From: Spongospora subterranea f. sp. subterranea | Taxonomy: Eukaryota | Length of the DNA: 64,000 bases | NCBI GenBank assembly: GCA_049724395.1 | Contig: JAUGWO010000060.1 | Location: forward strand, 124,001-188,000 | Direction of reading: 5' to 3' | Shown: positions 1-13,692 of the stretch, one piece after another | How the letters are laid out: every line of letters begins with the position of its first letter | Position numbering within the stretch: position 1 is the stretch's first letter | Program-made: the position numbers and the translations under genes | Notes under the pieces: model-generated | Told to the model about the DNA's origin: nothing | Database searches by the model: none | What the model saw: only the letters and a program-made list of their open reading frames with translations

Positions 1-40
1 AAGGGTCCAAAACAGAACAGTGGTGTTGCTAATTCTTAAC

Positions 41-583
41 TCAAGAGTTAGAAAACAGATTTGAAAACTTCACAGCGGCAATGATCAGATTCCCTGATAA
101 TAAGCAGTGGTTCTGGATAAAAAACAAGCCGGAAATTACGCGGTCATTGAGATGGGTTGGCTTGAAATGCTGGGCGTCCAACACTTTGACGATCATATCG
201 TCGCGTAGGCGAGCGTTATCATCTGCCATACGTTGAATCTGTTGACGTTGTTGCACGCCTTCCATATGCGACGATCGATCTGTTGACCAGGACGCCAACG
301 ATCGGTACTGCTGACGAACATCGACTGCATCAGCCAGCGTTGGGCCAATAACGATCTGAGAAGTATTGGGTCCAGCTGTGGAGCACGCCATTTTTGTCAA
401 TAAATTGCCGATGTGGTACACCAGTTGATCATGATTGAGTGTCCCAACATGATAGAACAAGGTTTGGTGCCGTTTCTTCAATCGAACACAAGATTTGGCA
501 CATACCGCCAAAACACTCATTACACAGCAGACAACTCGACTGTTTGTCACGCTGATAAACGCTGTAGTAATGCAGAACTGCAT
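41..583 (-). CDS. Hypothetical protein exon(s), probably continuing off the left edge
   Basis: 180-aa ORF just downstream of the ATG2 stop. No family recognised, and the true start is uncertain (possibly MACSTAG near 391). Confidence 0.35.
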   Translation of the reverse strand: MQFCITTAFISVTNSRVVCCVMSVLAVCAKSCVRLKKRHQTLFYHVGTLNHDQLVYHIGNLLTKMACSTAGPNTSQIVIGPTLADAVDVRQQYRSLASWSTDRSSHMEGVQQRQQIQRMADDNARLRDDMIVKVLDAQHFKPTHLNDRVISGLFFIQNHCLLSGNLIIAAVKFSNLFSNS

Positions 584-610
584 GAATAAATAGTTTATTA
601 GACACCGCGA

Positions 611-3600
611 CTATCGGTGCTTTGGTGCTATGGTACTCCTAAGACCATGGAGAGTGAGTTTTACTGCTCGAGCGGTCGCAATAGTTGGCTGTAAAACGGC
701 TCTGGGAATGCCTCGTACTAGCGATGAGACTGTGGCGATAGGTCCATCGCGCTCTCTCCAATGTTGCAGTGGAATTCCGACGATGTTGTGTGAGACTTGA
801 CGCAGACCTAACGCTAAGGACGCGTGCGCTTGGCGGAGACCATCGTGGAATGAGTGAGGGCGACTAGCACGATGGCGTCGAGCATCGTTACATTGTGGCC
901 AGATCGAATCCACGCCTTCCAGAACTCCTGCAAGATTTATACAAAGATTATTTACGTATTTGTCCACCCTAGCAGATGAAAGCAATCTTTCAAACCAAGA
1001 GAGTTGAAAGCGTGTTATCAAATATGATTTGAAATTAAGCGACAATATATGTAGGAAGCCATGGTGATCAATAGCGTTCAGCTCAGTGCTTGAGTACTTA
1101 CGCTGTGCTCCAGATACGATGAGCATCGCCAGGCTTAATGTCTCAACAGTGACCTGTTTGGCAGCCCGGGCCGTATGCACAGGAGACGGCAGACCATCCC
1201 TGCGATCCAGGTAGTGGTATGGGACGAACATCAGATCCCGCATGCCACAACCGAACTGAACCACAGACCGGAATGGAACAATCCCACCAATATACCTACA
1301 ATACATCAATCAGACTCCTCAATCACGAACACGCACAACAAAAAAAAAACAGGAATTATGGCACCAAACACCGTAAAAACTTATAAAGAACACCAGGTTA
1401 CTTTTGGAATTGATAGCGGGCAATGCTTTCGGCCCAAATCTCGAAAGCTGTGGACATAACTCGTGCATATCCGGATACACCGCGCAGCTCGATACGGTCA
1501 AGATCGAACCGGACGTCCCGTAACGGGAACCTGCGTCATTCCGCAAATGGCATTAGTCACGATACGATGAATAGCCGGGCGCATAACGTTACAGCTGCAA
1601 TAACCGTAAAATCTCCCCATTCTTTAGCACATCCCCACCATCCACGTTACTGGGCCAATAATCGATCGTAACGCTAGTCGAAGCGCATTCGAAAAAGTGC
1701 ACATAGGCGACCGGGTCCTGGCACGCGTTCAATTGCACAACATCGTCCTCGACGGCCGTTGCCGTGATGGTGTCGATCAGCCCAGCCGAGGCTGCACCGA
1801 ACGCAATCAGAAACCGGACGACGCTGGCGTCAATTTTGAAACGCAATGGAGCCACGCGCAGCGACACTCGATGTTCGGGAATTGACGACGACAATGCATC
1901 ACATGTGATGACAAGCGCAAACTCAGAGGACGATTTCTAAGTATAACGTTAGATTAAAAATATTATGTGGCGACGTCGCTACCGGTTCCGCTTCCATAAA
2001 TCTCACGTATCGAGACATCGGAATGCAGTCGTTGATTACGAGCGTCTTCCCCGTTATGCTTAATCGATGCTTGGAGCCAGTACACGTCGTGCTGTCGCTT
2101 GCGTATGATTGGAGATGGCCCGCGATCCCAGTAATGCGTAGTTCCAGCATATCCGAATGGACGCGACCATAACCGTTGTCTGAAATAAGATGAGGTGATG
2201 ACATGGAAACATGGCTGTAGAAATTTACCAGAAGACGGTAGCCCTGCTGTTATGATCCGAGGATCATCGCGAATATGATGGACATATTGATTGAGACCAA
2301 CTGAGGAACAGAAAATGTCGTAGTCATCATCGTCATGCTGATGTTGACTGCGACTTGTTGGCTCGTGGCGATTTGAGAAATCGACACCGGCAAAAAACCG
2401 CCATGTTATTTGATGGATCTTTACGGTAGTTACCAGATTGGGCTGGACAGCGGGATCGTGTTCTTTTGATTCCACAACGAGCCTTGGTGTTGTTGATTTG
2501 AAAATATAATCATCTACGACATCAATGCCAGCGAACAAGCGCACTTCTGGCTCTGGAATGTTATTGGGCAGCTGACCAGATACTGAGACATTTCCATCTG
2601 TATAGTCCTCAGAAAACGAATCCAGATCCAAAACATAAATCAGCATCGAAATCCTCCACAGATTGTGGTGGCTCCAACGGGGCGCTGCGCAAAGTCTCGT
2701 TGGACGCTTTGATGAACGTCGGCAAGTCATAATGCGTGATATTGATAAGCGACGTTGCAGAAGTTGCAAAACCTTGTGGCTTCGACTGCTGAACAAGGCA
2801 TTCTGAAAGCAAATTGCCGACGGTGAACGCTGCCGCAAGTGTGTCAGAGCAAGAATAAACTGTCACGGTTCCAACAGCACATTCGACCCGGCCTGGCAAT
2901 ATTGACGCGTCGGAAGTGTCGACGGTTGAAAATGTCACGTATCCATTACGACCGGCGTGATCCGTCAACGGTAATGAAACAGGCGAAACCTCCCTGATTG
3001 AGAATCGAACAAAATCGCCTGTATTACGGTCGCCGTCTAGCAAATGCAGCGACAAACCACGCAAGTCCACGATGGTTTTATCACAGGATCCACGAAGGCA
3101 GATATGGTCAGATACAATGAGTAGTCGAGGTGGAGGTGTTTCTAACTGTGCGGACGATGTGAAGTCCATCGCACAATCTCGCGCGTTCAACGAAAAGCTG
3201 ATCGGAATTGACGATGGTGATGAGAACGAAGAATCATTCAAGCCAGATATGCGAGAGAAACATGCGACTAAAGGACGTTCGACGTAAAAGATTAAGGATT
3301 GCACAAGAACGGCAATTTGTTTGCGTTCAGGAGTGAACAAAATGGATGATGTGATGGCAGGGGAGTCATTGCCAGATGCCGTAACGACGATGGGTAGACC
3401 TGCCGCATTATCGTCAGGATCGTCCTGCTCCAGAAGCGTCGTCTTCCCAACCAAAAGCTGGTACAACGTGAATCTCTGGCCGGCATTGGCCACGTATCCT
3501 TCTATTTGTTGGGCGTCGATCAAAAGGGATTTAACTTGATCGTTTGCCTTTAACACCACTTGCAAACCGGAGATATCCACAGCTGTTGTGGTAAAAAAGC

Positions 3601-5479
3601 ACGGCTCCATGGGAGCGCCGATTTGGCTGCGGTTCAGGAGTTGCGGATGTGAAAAAATCTTCGCCAGAAGCGCCAAACTGACCGTTACATTGACGACTCC
3701 GCAAGCGATAGCCACGTTACAGCGGCTGCAATCATGACAGCACTGACGAAACGTATCAATAGATGCCAAGTTCGGCTCTCCATCGTCCTCCTCCCAGACA
3801 TGATATGGCGACGCTGACCGTGATGGCAATATCGGAGGCGTTGGAATCTTCTGTTCAAGAGGACGGTTAGGTAATGTCAGCATCACTCTAGTGTCGCCGC
3901 ATGAATGGAGCAGGCTAGAGTCAAAACGGCCATCCACAAAGAGATCGCAGCGTATCTCTGGTAGGCTGACGGTGACCACCAACCCAGTTCTTGGTTCTGG
4001 TGAGTTTTCAGGCATTGGTTCGGCAGTAGCCTTGATCAGCGATGGGATTTTGAGTGCAACGGTATAGTTGGCACCATCCAGAACACATATGGGGTATGTA
4101 ACTGATACGCCGACGATATCGACTGTAAAGTTGAGGTCGGCAGACTTCAGGGGTGCATGCTGACAGGATTTCAGAGAATTGTTCAGAGCAGAAATTAAAG
4201 CTAAGGCGCTTTCAATACAATCTGGGGTCAGATCGACTTGCGTCATTTGAAGCGAGAAACCTTCATCTTGGAAAAGAAAAACTGGGGTCAAAACTCGGGC
4301 GACTTTCGGAAATGACACCATTTTATGTGGCCCTCGACTATCGACCTTGTAAAGGTTGCCGTCGTCGAACTGCAACATCTGTATTCGTGAATCAGGAGAT
4401 ACTGAAAGCATGGCAGCAACTCCGGTTAACTGCATCAAAAAGCTGCCATGATGGTTGCAAGCTTCTATGGCATGCATATTCAAGTTGAGCTTGTCGACGA
4501 CAACGTCAACGTGTTGGCGCCATGATTGGTTAGGAAGCTCGGCGAAATCTGGTACCTCGAAATTTACATCATGAAACGATTGGAAATCAAAATCGTCATA
4601 TTGAAATTCGTTGATGCTGCGCTGAATTCGCTTAAGGTCGTCATCGGATAACGACTGCACGAGCGACAATTCAGCTTTCGGTGGGGAGACCACCGTTTGG
4701 TCCAATGTTGATTTTGAGAAATGGCGCATTACATCGGCCAATGTAATGAGTAACGAAGGGCGTATTGAAACGTCAATTTCAGATATTCTCAAGTTTAGAG
4801 AATCAGGATTCAATTCGGCAGAACAGTGACCAGAGCAGTTTGCAATGGTAATATCGGGAAAATCAGGATGAAATTCGTTTAGCATAAACCCGTCTGGTAG
4901 CATCAGATTCTCCAAATGATAAAATAACGAAGGGATCAAGAGGCGTAGCGATAATGAACCGCTGATAACCACCAACTCAGCATTGGTGACGGTGACTTCC
5001 GTCTTTCCAATAAAACTTTCGAATAGCGTGCTGACAGACAGAATATTACCATCAATTCTTCCGTCAGCTGGCTCCTCAGCCGCATTTCCATCAACGCCCC
5101 CCAATGTTAATGAGGCCAACACCATTTCTTTTAGAGAAGGTTCACAAAGATCATCGTCTCGAGGTTGATCTCTCTCGGCCAGAGCCACTTCAGGGTCACC
5201 GTCCAATTCAATAAACAATCCGTTCAGAGATATCTGACAATAGGTTACAGACGCCGAACTTGACGTAAATGAACGCCATGGGACTTTCAATGTCATCAGT
5301 TTGACTCGGGCAGTGCGGGCCGCCTTATGAAGCATCGGGCCGAACAAATTCACATTGCGAAGCGTGATGGCAGATCCATCGAGTGAAAAATCGAGTGCAT
5401 CAACGTCATCGTCCAAATAACGCCCGAGTACACGCTTAATCGTGTACTTACACAGACGTTTGCTGATGGCGTCGAACAT
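611..5479 (-). CDS. ATG2: Autophagy-related lipid transfer protein ATG2 (multi-exon)
   Basis: The N-terminus MFDAISKRLCKYTIKRVLGRYL..LRNVNL..LKVPW fits the chorein-N domain. Downstream exons read PEHRVSLRVAPLRFKID and VTIDYWP. The C-terminus RPHSFHDGLRQAHASLALGL..VRGIPRAVLQPTIATARAVKLTLHGLRSTI fits the ATG_C domain. Short introns join the ORFs. Confidence 0.85.
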
Positions 5480-6454
5480 GAATCCAGAACGTTTCACAGC
5501 TTGAAGCCGGGAGAAGCGGCTTCGTTGGCGACTGACCCTGCACCCCTGGAATCTCCGACTAGTTTAGCCTTGGATGAATTGTTCTTCTTATTTGAGGGTT
5601 TGATATCTGGCAGATACTTACTTACCAGACAGCGACCGTGCGTGAACGGCCGATTACGGCAATTGAACGCTGCCAGACCATACCTAGTGGCCTTGCACTT
5701 CGCCCGACTGCGCGAACAAATGTTGCGTAACGTAGCTCACTGAGCCCGGTTATTGTCACGACCTAGCTGCACTTGCGGATTGTCAGTCTGACTGGACTTG
5801 ACCCCAAAATGAATCCGTACCCGTACTGTAAATCAGCACATCAAACTTTGGTTAAGCATGCAGTGCAAACGCAGGGCAGCAGACTGCTGGCGATGATAAT
5901 CCAAAAATATTGCTGCAATGATTTGCCATTTTTGCTTCAACGATTCCAGTAGTCATCCGCGCTGGTGTTGATAGTCCAGCCGTGGCGGTGCGAATAGCAG
6001 TTGGATAAATCGTACATGGTGTGTTCGTGTGTGTGAGATACGAGTTCATCGCCTGTGTGGCCTGTTTCTCGTGTGTGTGTGAGCAGCATTGGAGTAATGA
6101 TGGCTCGCGGAAGGGCAATTGAAATCTGCAGTGCTGTCGAAGAGGCTGAAGCGTTGTTTTCTGAAAATAGACTTCTGAGTAAAATATTGAAAACGAATTT
6201 ATTGGCTTGGTTCATCGCATTGGCATGTCAGATATTCTGTGTTCATCGTCCCCATCCAGAATCCAGGATTCACGATCGAGGGGGTATTTTCAGCGGAATG
6301 GCGGACAGCATGCCGTATGGCGGGACCCCTACGCCTACAGTGGTCAATCCTTTGCGTGACATTGATCTGAATCATAATTGCATACCATTCCGCTGTTGAT
6401 CAAGCGATTACCTGGTCCAGGGGAATTAGTTCTGTCTATTTTTTCTATCTGAGG

Positions 6455-9400
6455 ATGTCGATTCGGATGGTTAATGGCATCGAAGTGCATTTTCCTTTCG
6501 ATTCGCCCTACCCAGCCCAGATGATGGTTGCATCAAAAATCCTTACTGCTCTCCAGAAAAAACAGGTATATGGAGCCATGAATCAAGCATTGCCCTTTCA
6601 TTAATACATTTTATAGAATGCCTTGGTGGAATCACCAACAGGAACAGGTTAGTTTAGCATTAAGTGGACGATATCATGTATAGTCATGAACCTTGCAGGA
6701 AAATCTCTGGCATTGCTCTGTTCGGTTTTGAGTTATCAGAAATCGTTAATGTTGGATGGAAGCGGCCGGACTGACAGTTTTGAGACCGATGTCCCTACCG
6801 TTTACTATGTAGCCATAATCATAGGGCTTGTACGATTATGCTTAACGAGATATGCTTTCTCATAGATGTCTCGTACACACAGTCAATTGACGCAAGTGGT
6901 AAAAGAACTAGGTAGAACTATTTACAGACCGAAAATGACGGTATTGGGGTCTCGTGAGCATCTTTGTGTTAACAAGAAACCAGGGTATTCCGTTCGTCGT
7001 AATGGTTACCATTTCTGTTCTGAGGGCTCGCCTACGTAGGGTTTCAGCCGACGAAAGATGCAATAGTCTCCTCAATGACAACGCTTGCGAATATTTTAAC
7101 AACGTGAAGAAGACAGGACTTTGAATTCTGTAAATTTTTAACTGTTCCTTATCAGGTTTACCGTTTAAGATCTGCGGTAGAAAAAGCTGGCGTTTTTGAC
7201 ATCGAAGATTTGCTAAAATCAGGCTCAAGTCTGAAGGTACTGCCGACGTCATTGCAGTTCGGGTGCAATTTTCGACTCGCATTCGAATTGAATCTTCCCC
7301 AGGCGGATTGTTTCTTCTACTCACACGTTAAACTTTTAGGCCTGCCCATACTTTTGTACACGGTCCATGGTTCGACCTCCAAATCCTGCTCGACTTATTC
7401 TGTGTCCATACAACTACGTCATTGACCCTGCAATCCGCCGAAGCCTGGACCTTAATCTCAAGAATGCCATTTTAATATTCGATGAAGTTCGTTGCTATTT
7501 ATTTTGGTCCTCGGTGTTTTCACCATTTCAAGTTCAATCGATGCTTGTCTGCAATACCACTGGGTTCCTCGCTAATCAATATTTATTTAGTTCCTCATTG
7601 TTTATTTTTTTTTCAAACTACATAATGTCTGTTGGCATATCCACTAGTAACTCAGCGTTTAGGCACATAACATTGAAACGGTCGCTCGCGATGCGGCGAG
7701 TAATACGTTTGATATCCCGCAACTGGAAGCTGCTCTTGACGCTCTTCACGACGTAGAGGATAGCGAAGCGTTGCGCCATCCCCTTCGTGGGCTCATCTCC
7801 TATATGGCTGCATGCACTGGTTATCTGTTTTTTGTTTATTGCTGAATTGGTGTACTAATTTACTATAGAGTCCATGTCATCGATTGCGTTTGAACACGAT
7901 GCTTTTGTGGAATCTGGTCAGCGCATGTTGGATGTCCTGCAAGAGAACTCCTTGGGCCCGGATAGAATTCCCAACATGAGAACATCCGTGCAGGTTCTAA
8001 TATTTATGTAAATGTTGAATCGGTGAGGTTGCTTTATAACAGATGATCCCAGGTGATTTCACAAAGATATCGCCAAGAGGATGAAGAGGACGACGATGGT
8101 GATCCTGATATCTCATCCCAAGCTCGTCATAAAAAGCGTTTGTCCACCAACTGGTAACAACTTCATATGCCGATTTGTTATTCAGGAATGGATAATAACG
8201 ATCGCAATCGTGCTTTGGCGGCTCTTCGAGTTTGCGACTCGCTCTGCTCGACGCTTGAATTTCTCTATGCTGTTGATGCCTCTCGTCATTACCGCCTCGC
8301 ATTGACGAGGAAGTCATCATCATTAGATGCTTCAAGGGGGCCAAGAGAACCACATTGGGAATACAATGTAGCAAAATGTCGATGCTTCCATCGCAAGAGT
8401 TTGAGTTTGGTTTACTTGGTAGATTTCTTTGTGGTGCTTATCTTCTGCTGTCGCGTTATCTGATATAAGTAGGCTGTCAGCTTCAATCATTGTCGCTTCA
8501 GGTATTGCGATCATAATTAAGAATTTGTTTTCCGTATCGCACTTGAATTTCAGTTTTTTTTACTGTTTCACATGTTCGAATTCACATTTCTTGAGGTGCT
8601 TACATTCAGCCTGGTGACCAGGCACCTTATTTCCACTATCATCTTTCGCTGCCGAGCTCGGGGTCCCGTTTGACCAGGCTAGTATAATTGGCATTGCTAG
8701 CAATTGTGTTTGCTGCCCTCTGATCGTTTGTCCTTTACAGCGAGTTGAGGCCCCACATGTCATCAGCAGCGATCAAGTTTGTAATTAGTTATCTTACTCG
8801 TGATTTGGTTCTGATTATATTAAAGGTTTGGGTTGGTGTTGTACCCAGTGCCAGTGGAAAACATCTGTCTTCGACATATCAGAGCGCTCAAACTTACGAT
8901 TTTCAAGATCAGGTTAGCTTCGATTTGATACCTCGGCCTTGCCTTCCGTTTCATGGTTTGCCTCTCTGGCTATCTTCATCCACACATTTTCATAATGTAG
9001 TATTAAAGTTCATTTGCTTAGCTAGGCTCGACTTTAATCGCCTTAGCGCAACGCATTCCTGCAGGAATGTTGGTGTTCATGCCTTCGTTAGTCCAAATTC
9101 CGATTGCGCTGTCATCTTTCATGGTGACCACTTGCTCAGCTATTCTCTTTTGGATCGCGTACTCAAACGTTGGAAAGACACTGGATCTTTCCAGTTGTTG
9201 AACAGGGTTAAAACAGGTTCTTAATTTTTTTTCTCTCATGGTGAGCATAGTATGTCGTACCTGACTTATGATTTTTAGTAATTATTGAACCTCGTCGTAG
9301 CGGCGTTGATTTCGATACCAGCGTGAAGCGTTTCAGAGGACTTTGGTACGCTCGCTCATATATTCAAACTTCACCGTGTTTTTTGTCTCAGTGGACAGTC

Positions 9401-11763
9401 ATTCTTTAGTAATAAACCGAAAGGTCACGGTGCTATGTTTCTGGGCGTGTACCGTGGCAAGCTGAGTGAAGGAATCGATTTCAGCAATGACGACGCACGA
9501 GCTGTTGTTTGTGTGGGTATGTTGTATTCAAATTCAGTTTCAGTTATCCAGTTTTTGATTTATTTAAGGTATTCCATTTCCAAATTCAAAAGAGGCTCAA
9601 GTGACATTGAAGCAGTCTCATAACACAACGCTCCTACGTCTGGAACCTGAGAGTCAGATCCCGTCAGGCCGAGAATGGTACCCGTTTTTCCTGATGTCAT
9701 CTGTTCTCCTCTTTGAGCCGTGAGCATATCTCTTAGGTATTGTCAACAAGCTTATCGAGCGTAAGCGTAATGTGTCGTCGGATCTGATCTTGGTTGAGGC
9801 TATGCCCAGGTTAAATCAATCAGTTGGACGTTGCATCCGTCACAAAACAGATTATGGCGCAATTATATTCATTGATACGCGCTTTCAAGGTGAAGGCGTA
9901 TCATCCAATATTTCCAAATGGGTAAATCGGAGGAACTTCTATGCATGCTATTAGTCATGCCAGTGTTAACAGGCATTCACATTTTTGTTTTGTTGTGTCA
10001 GGTTCGTAAAGAACTCGTTGTGTATAGATCTTTTACAGAAGTCGACTCAAGCTTGGAATTATTTTTCACCCGAATGCAAGGTAAATGCTACGGTCTTGGT
10101 GTCGGATTTCGTCCTGATCAAATCTTAAAGAATCCTACCCGTACAGCCCCGATGAATCCTCTTGGAAAATGGTCGCGAAGGCCTCAAAGGTAATATTCTC
10201 TGTTCAGAGTCACTGTTGCATATAATGGCCTTTCTCGCATTGAGTGCTCATATTGTTCATCATTCTCAGATTCCTCTTGGCCCAATGGATGATTATATTG
10301 ATAAGTGGGTGATAAAGTCGAAAACGAAACAAGTTGGAAAGACACCTGTGGAAGAAAACACTCCCATGGCGTCGAGGAACGCTCCAACTCAACCGCCACT
10401 CTTCGCACCTTCGGAAAACGATTATCTTATGGACAATCAACATATTGACATGCTGGACTTAACCACAAATTCTTCACCCCGACAAGCTTCAATGCGGGCG
10501 TCATCATTGAACCAGTTCGCATATAAAAGGAATCTAGTTCAACCATTATCACCGATCTCGCCGCCACCGAAAAATTGTTTACTGCCAACCCCCTCTGCAA
10601 AGATTTCATCCGCAAACTACAATGTGCACCCAACGTGTGAAGATGAGGTTCATGGTCTCATCTCTACTACGGCCGCAGACCATAGCGTTCCCTCGCTAAA
10701 CAAAGAAACTCAACGGTTTGGAATTAATGCAAGGGAGTCGGCTTCTAGCGTTGGAGCTAACGCCCCCACATTACAGTGTCGTTCATGTTGTGCAGACTTA
10801 TGGCCTACTCCTCGCTATACCATCCTCAACAATGCTCGTATCGAAATGCAGTCAGTGGTGTCATGTTTGGGAATGCATTCCCACAATAGACCTGCTGCCT
10901 ATGGAAGGATTCAATTCAATTCGAGTAGTATTTGTTGTTGAATCGAATTCTAACAAACAAGGCATGATTCGGGTATTTTTTTCTGCTCCTTTGTTATTTC
11001 TAAGGCTATTCCCCATAAATTCGATCCATGCCTTCTTTGCTTCTTCAACCATTTTTGAGTTGATTCCCTTGTCGTTCTCGTTCACTCATCACTACTTTAG
11101 ATGAATCCCGATCAAATTTATTGGTCTAAAGAACTCGGGCTGGCTTTACGGTCATTATCGTGCACATCGTGTTCAGCGGCAATCGGGTCCGAGATTATTG
11201 CTGCTGCTACGGTTTCAGGTGTTAAACAGCATGTTGGAAGGTCGTGGTTATTGGCGGCACGATTAACAATCGGAAAACAGACTTCAAGTGTGATCAACTT
11301 GGAGGCTATTTCTGCTCCAGCACCACCTCTAAACATTCAAGAGCCGCCGGTTGCATGCATCAGCAACATGTCTGAGAGCTGCCAAAGGAGCGGAAATTTA
11401 AAAGTATCCAACGAAAGTATCCAGAGCGAATCATCAATATTACCGGCACCAGCTGCAGTTTTGCCTGTAACGCGACCCCAAGATAGGTTTTCTGCCCTCA
11501 GGAAATCATTGAACTTGGTACCGGGCAATACTCAGAAGACATCAATACCTCATTTGACTAACGAAACTGTTCATGCCACATTGTCTACTCAAAGAGAACC
11601 CACATTACCCGTCGATAACATTCCGGAGGTCGGTCAAAATGTGCCAGGCGTCAACGCATCTTCAAATGATTTTCAAGACAGTTTGGCCATTACCGCAAAT
11701 CAGGTCTTCCAAGGACTGGAGCCTTCAGCTTGGATACCTTGTAAAAAGTTTCGGGCTGTTTAG
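6455..11763 (+). CDS. Rad3/XPD-family Fe-S DNA helicase, FANCJ(BRIP1)/RTEL1-like (multi-exon)
   Basis: Spliced translation gives [33 protein letters not shown] (Walker A), [64 protein letters not shown] and [25 protein letters not shown] long low-complexity C-terminus carries CxxC pairs. The 3' end is approximate. Confidence 0.88.
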
Positions 11764-12157
11764 ATTTTCCAGCGTTCGTGTCCTGATTTTAGCAAACCTT
11801 CCCATTCGTCATGATGATATCACTTTGTGGGGATGAGAGTCGGCGCTAGTCAGATCATGGTGGCCGGGCTGATTAATTTCGTCCTGAATTCTAACCTTTA
11901 AGACTATTATCGTTATTAAAAGAGATGGTTATGTCCAGTATCATCCTTGATGATCACACTGCCTTGATTCAGGTTCGCACTTGAACGAGAAAACCGTAAT
12001 AGCTTTCTCATCCAGATACCTCCTTGTCGAATTCAACCGGTCCAGTCAGGTTTGAACGAGTATCCTTTACCGTGAGATTTTCTTTTCGACCTCAAAAATG
12101 ATACAAGTGGTCAAAGGCAATTGTTTCTGGCAGTTCTCATTTACTCATTGTCGTATT

Positions 12158-12760
12158 TCAAAAAGTTTTTTTTGAACGAGGCTGTTTCCCCATTGTTTGG
12201 TTTTGTGCTTTCTTTTTGCGCCGAGAATGAATTCGATCTTTACATAAAGCGCCTTTTCCAGCCTTCTCACACCGTGCGCAAGGTCGCCGACAATCGCACG
12301 CCAGTTTACTGCGATGGCATTCCACACACGCGATTCTAGTCCACAAAGTTAGAGTTGGTTACGCTAGAATCAACGTTTACACCAACCTGGTATTATAACG
12401 AGGATGGATTGGTTTTCGTTCATGTGCTTGATACGGTGAATGCACCGTCCAAACGATTTCGGCTGCCGGCGGGTTCTCCGGAAACTCAGCTTCAGGTACC
12501 GTGAAAAGCAACGTATCGTCGAACACGTCCGACGGGTTGAGATGTACAATCATCGGGTATGGTGCCTTCCATTGATCACCAGAGATGATGAAGTCCAAGT
12601 GCTTGACGTACGCGTCGATTTCCATCCCTGGATTGGGATGGACACGTTTCACCTTTGGCAATGATTCGCTTCGGCTGAGTGATTGAATTTCGCGAACTGA
12701 GCTCTGCCGTGCAACTTGGGCAATATGGTCACCTGACTGGAAGCTCAAGTTATTCTTCAT
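12158..12760 (-). CDS. Zn(II)2Cys6 binuclear-cluster transcription factor (3' end uncertain)
   Basis: Exon 2 encodes IACVECHRSKLACDCRRPCARCEKAGKGALC, with GAL4-type Cys spacing, followed by a basic stretch. A ~45-nt GT-AG intron near 12337-12381 joins it to ORF 12377-12760. Confidence 0.75.
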
Positions 12761-13496
12761 CCACGAATCTTCACCGAATCCATGAATTTCCTATGTGCAT
12801 GATTAACAGTTTCCCAGTTCGCTGAAATCGCGATCTACAGAAATCTACAGGGGTTGTGATATTAGTGCAGATAAATAAAGCCAGTAGCAGCATGAGCAGG
12901 TTCTTAAGAATTTCGGCATGCGGACACTGTTTATCTTCGTCCACATCACTCACGCGCCTAATCGCTGGAGATTGATTGATGACCACAACAACTTTCGGGC
13001 ATGAGTTTGAGTAGGCAATCCGCAACTCAATCGCAATAAACATTTTCATTTATTGCATCGAGCAGACAGGGTGCACCGCTGGTTACTATTTGCTTGGTTG
13101 TGCTGGTGCATCTCTCGGGCAGGCGCATCGGTCTTGTGGGGCGACGCCGGCCAACGCAGTCTCGATGTGCTTACCACACCCTATAATCACACAAAGACCA
13201 CGATCAGGTTAGCCAACTCAAACTCGGCCCACGACAATCAACCTGCCCAGGTTGGCTTATGGCACTTGTCGCATGACACTTGACGACACATTTCTGGCCT
13301 AAAATAAACTGAAGTGCTGCCGCTCTGCCGAACAAATTCTGGGTTTATTTCGGAGGCTTGTCCAACACGCAGTCTTCAAGTTGGCGCCAGTTCGGTCCTT
13401 GTGTATGTGTGACTGACTCTTGTACAGTACCTCCGCCTGTACTCAACCAGAATCTGTGATTGATATTAATGCTTCAAAAGTTGTCTTTGACGCGCG

Positions 13497-13617
13497 CTCT
13501 CAAGATATTTGTGTCAACCAAATATGTTGTTTGTTTCCCCGGTTTGATCCAGCGTTGTCTCAAGATTTTTGTGTCAATCTGATATGTTGCTTGTTCCCCG
13601 GTTTGATCCAGCGTTGA
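13497..13617 (+). repeat. Two-copy ~60-bp tandem duplication
   Basis: CAAGATATTTGTGTCAA...CCCCGGTTTGATCCAGCGTTG occurs at 13501 and again at 13561. Confidence 0.85.
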
Positions 13618-13692
13618 GCAACTGTTGAGCACTTTGTTCAGGCTATTGGGTCGTATTCCCATAATCAGTCAGAATATGGTGTACTGTCGCCG

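Noticed and set aside
5500..6450. Small gene between ATG2 and the helicase
   Set aside because: The short ORFs on both strands show no recognisable motif or consistent splice model. This may simply be a divergent promoter region.
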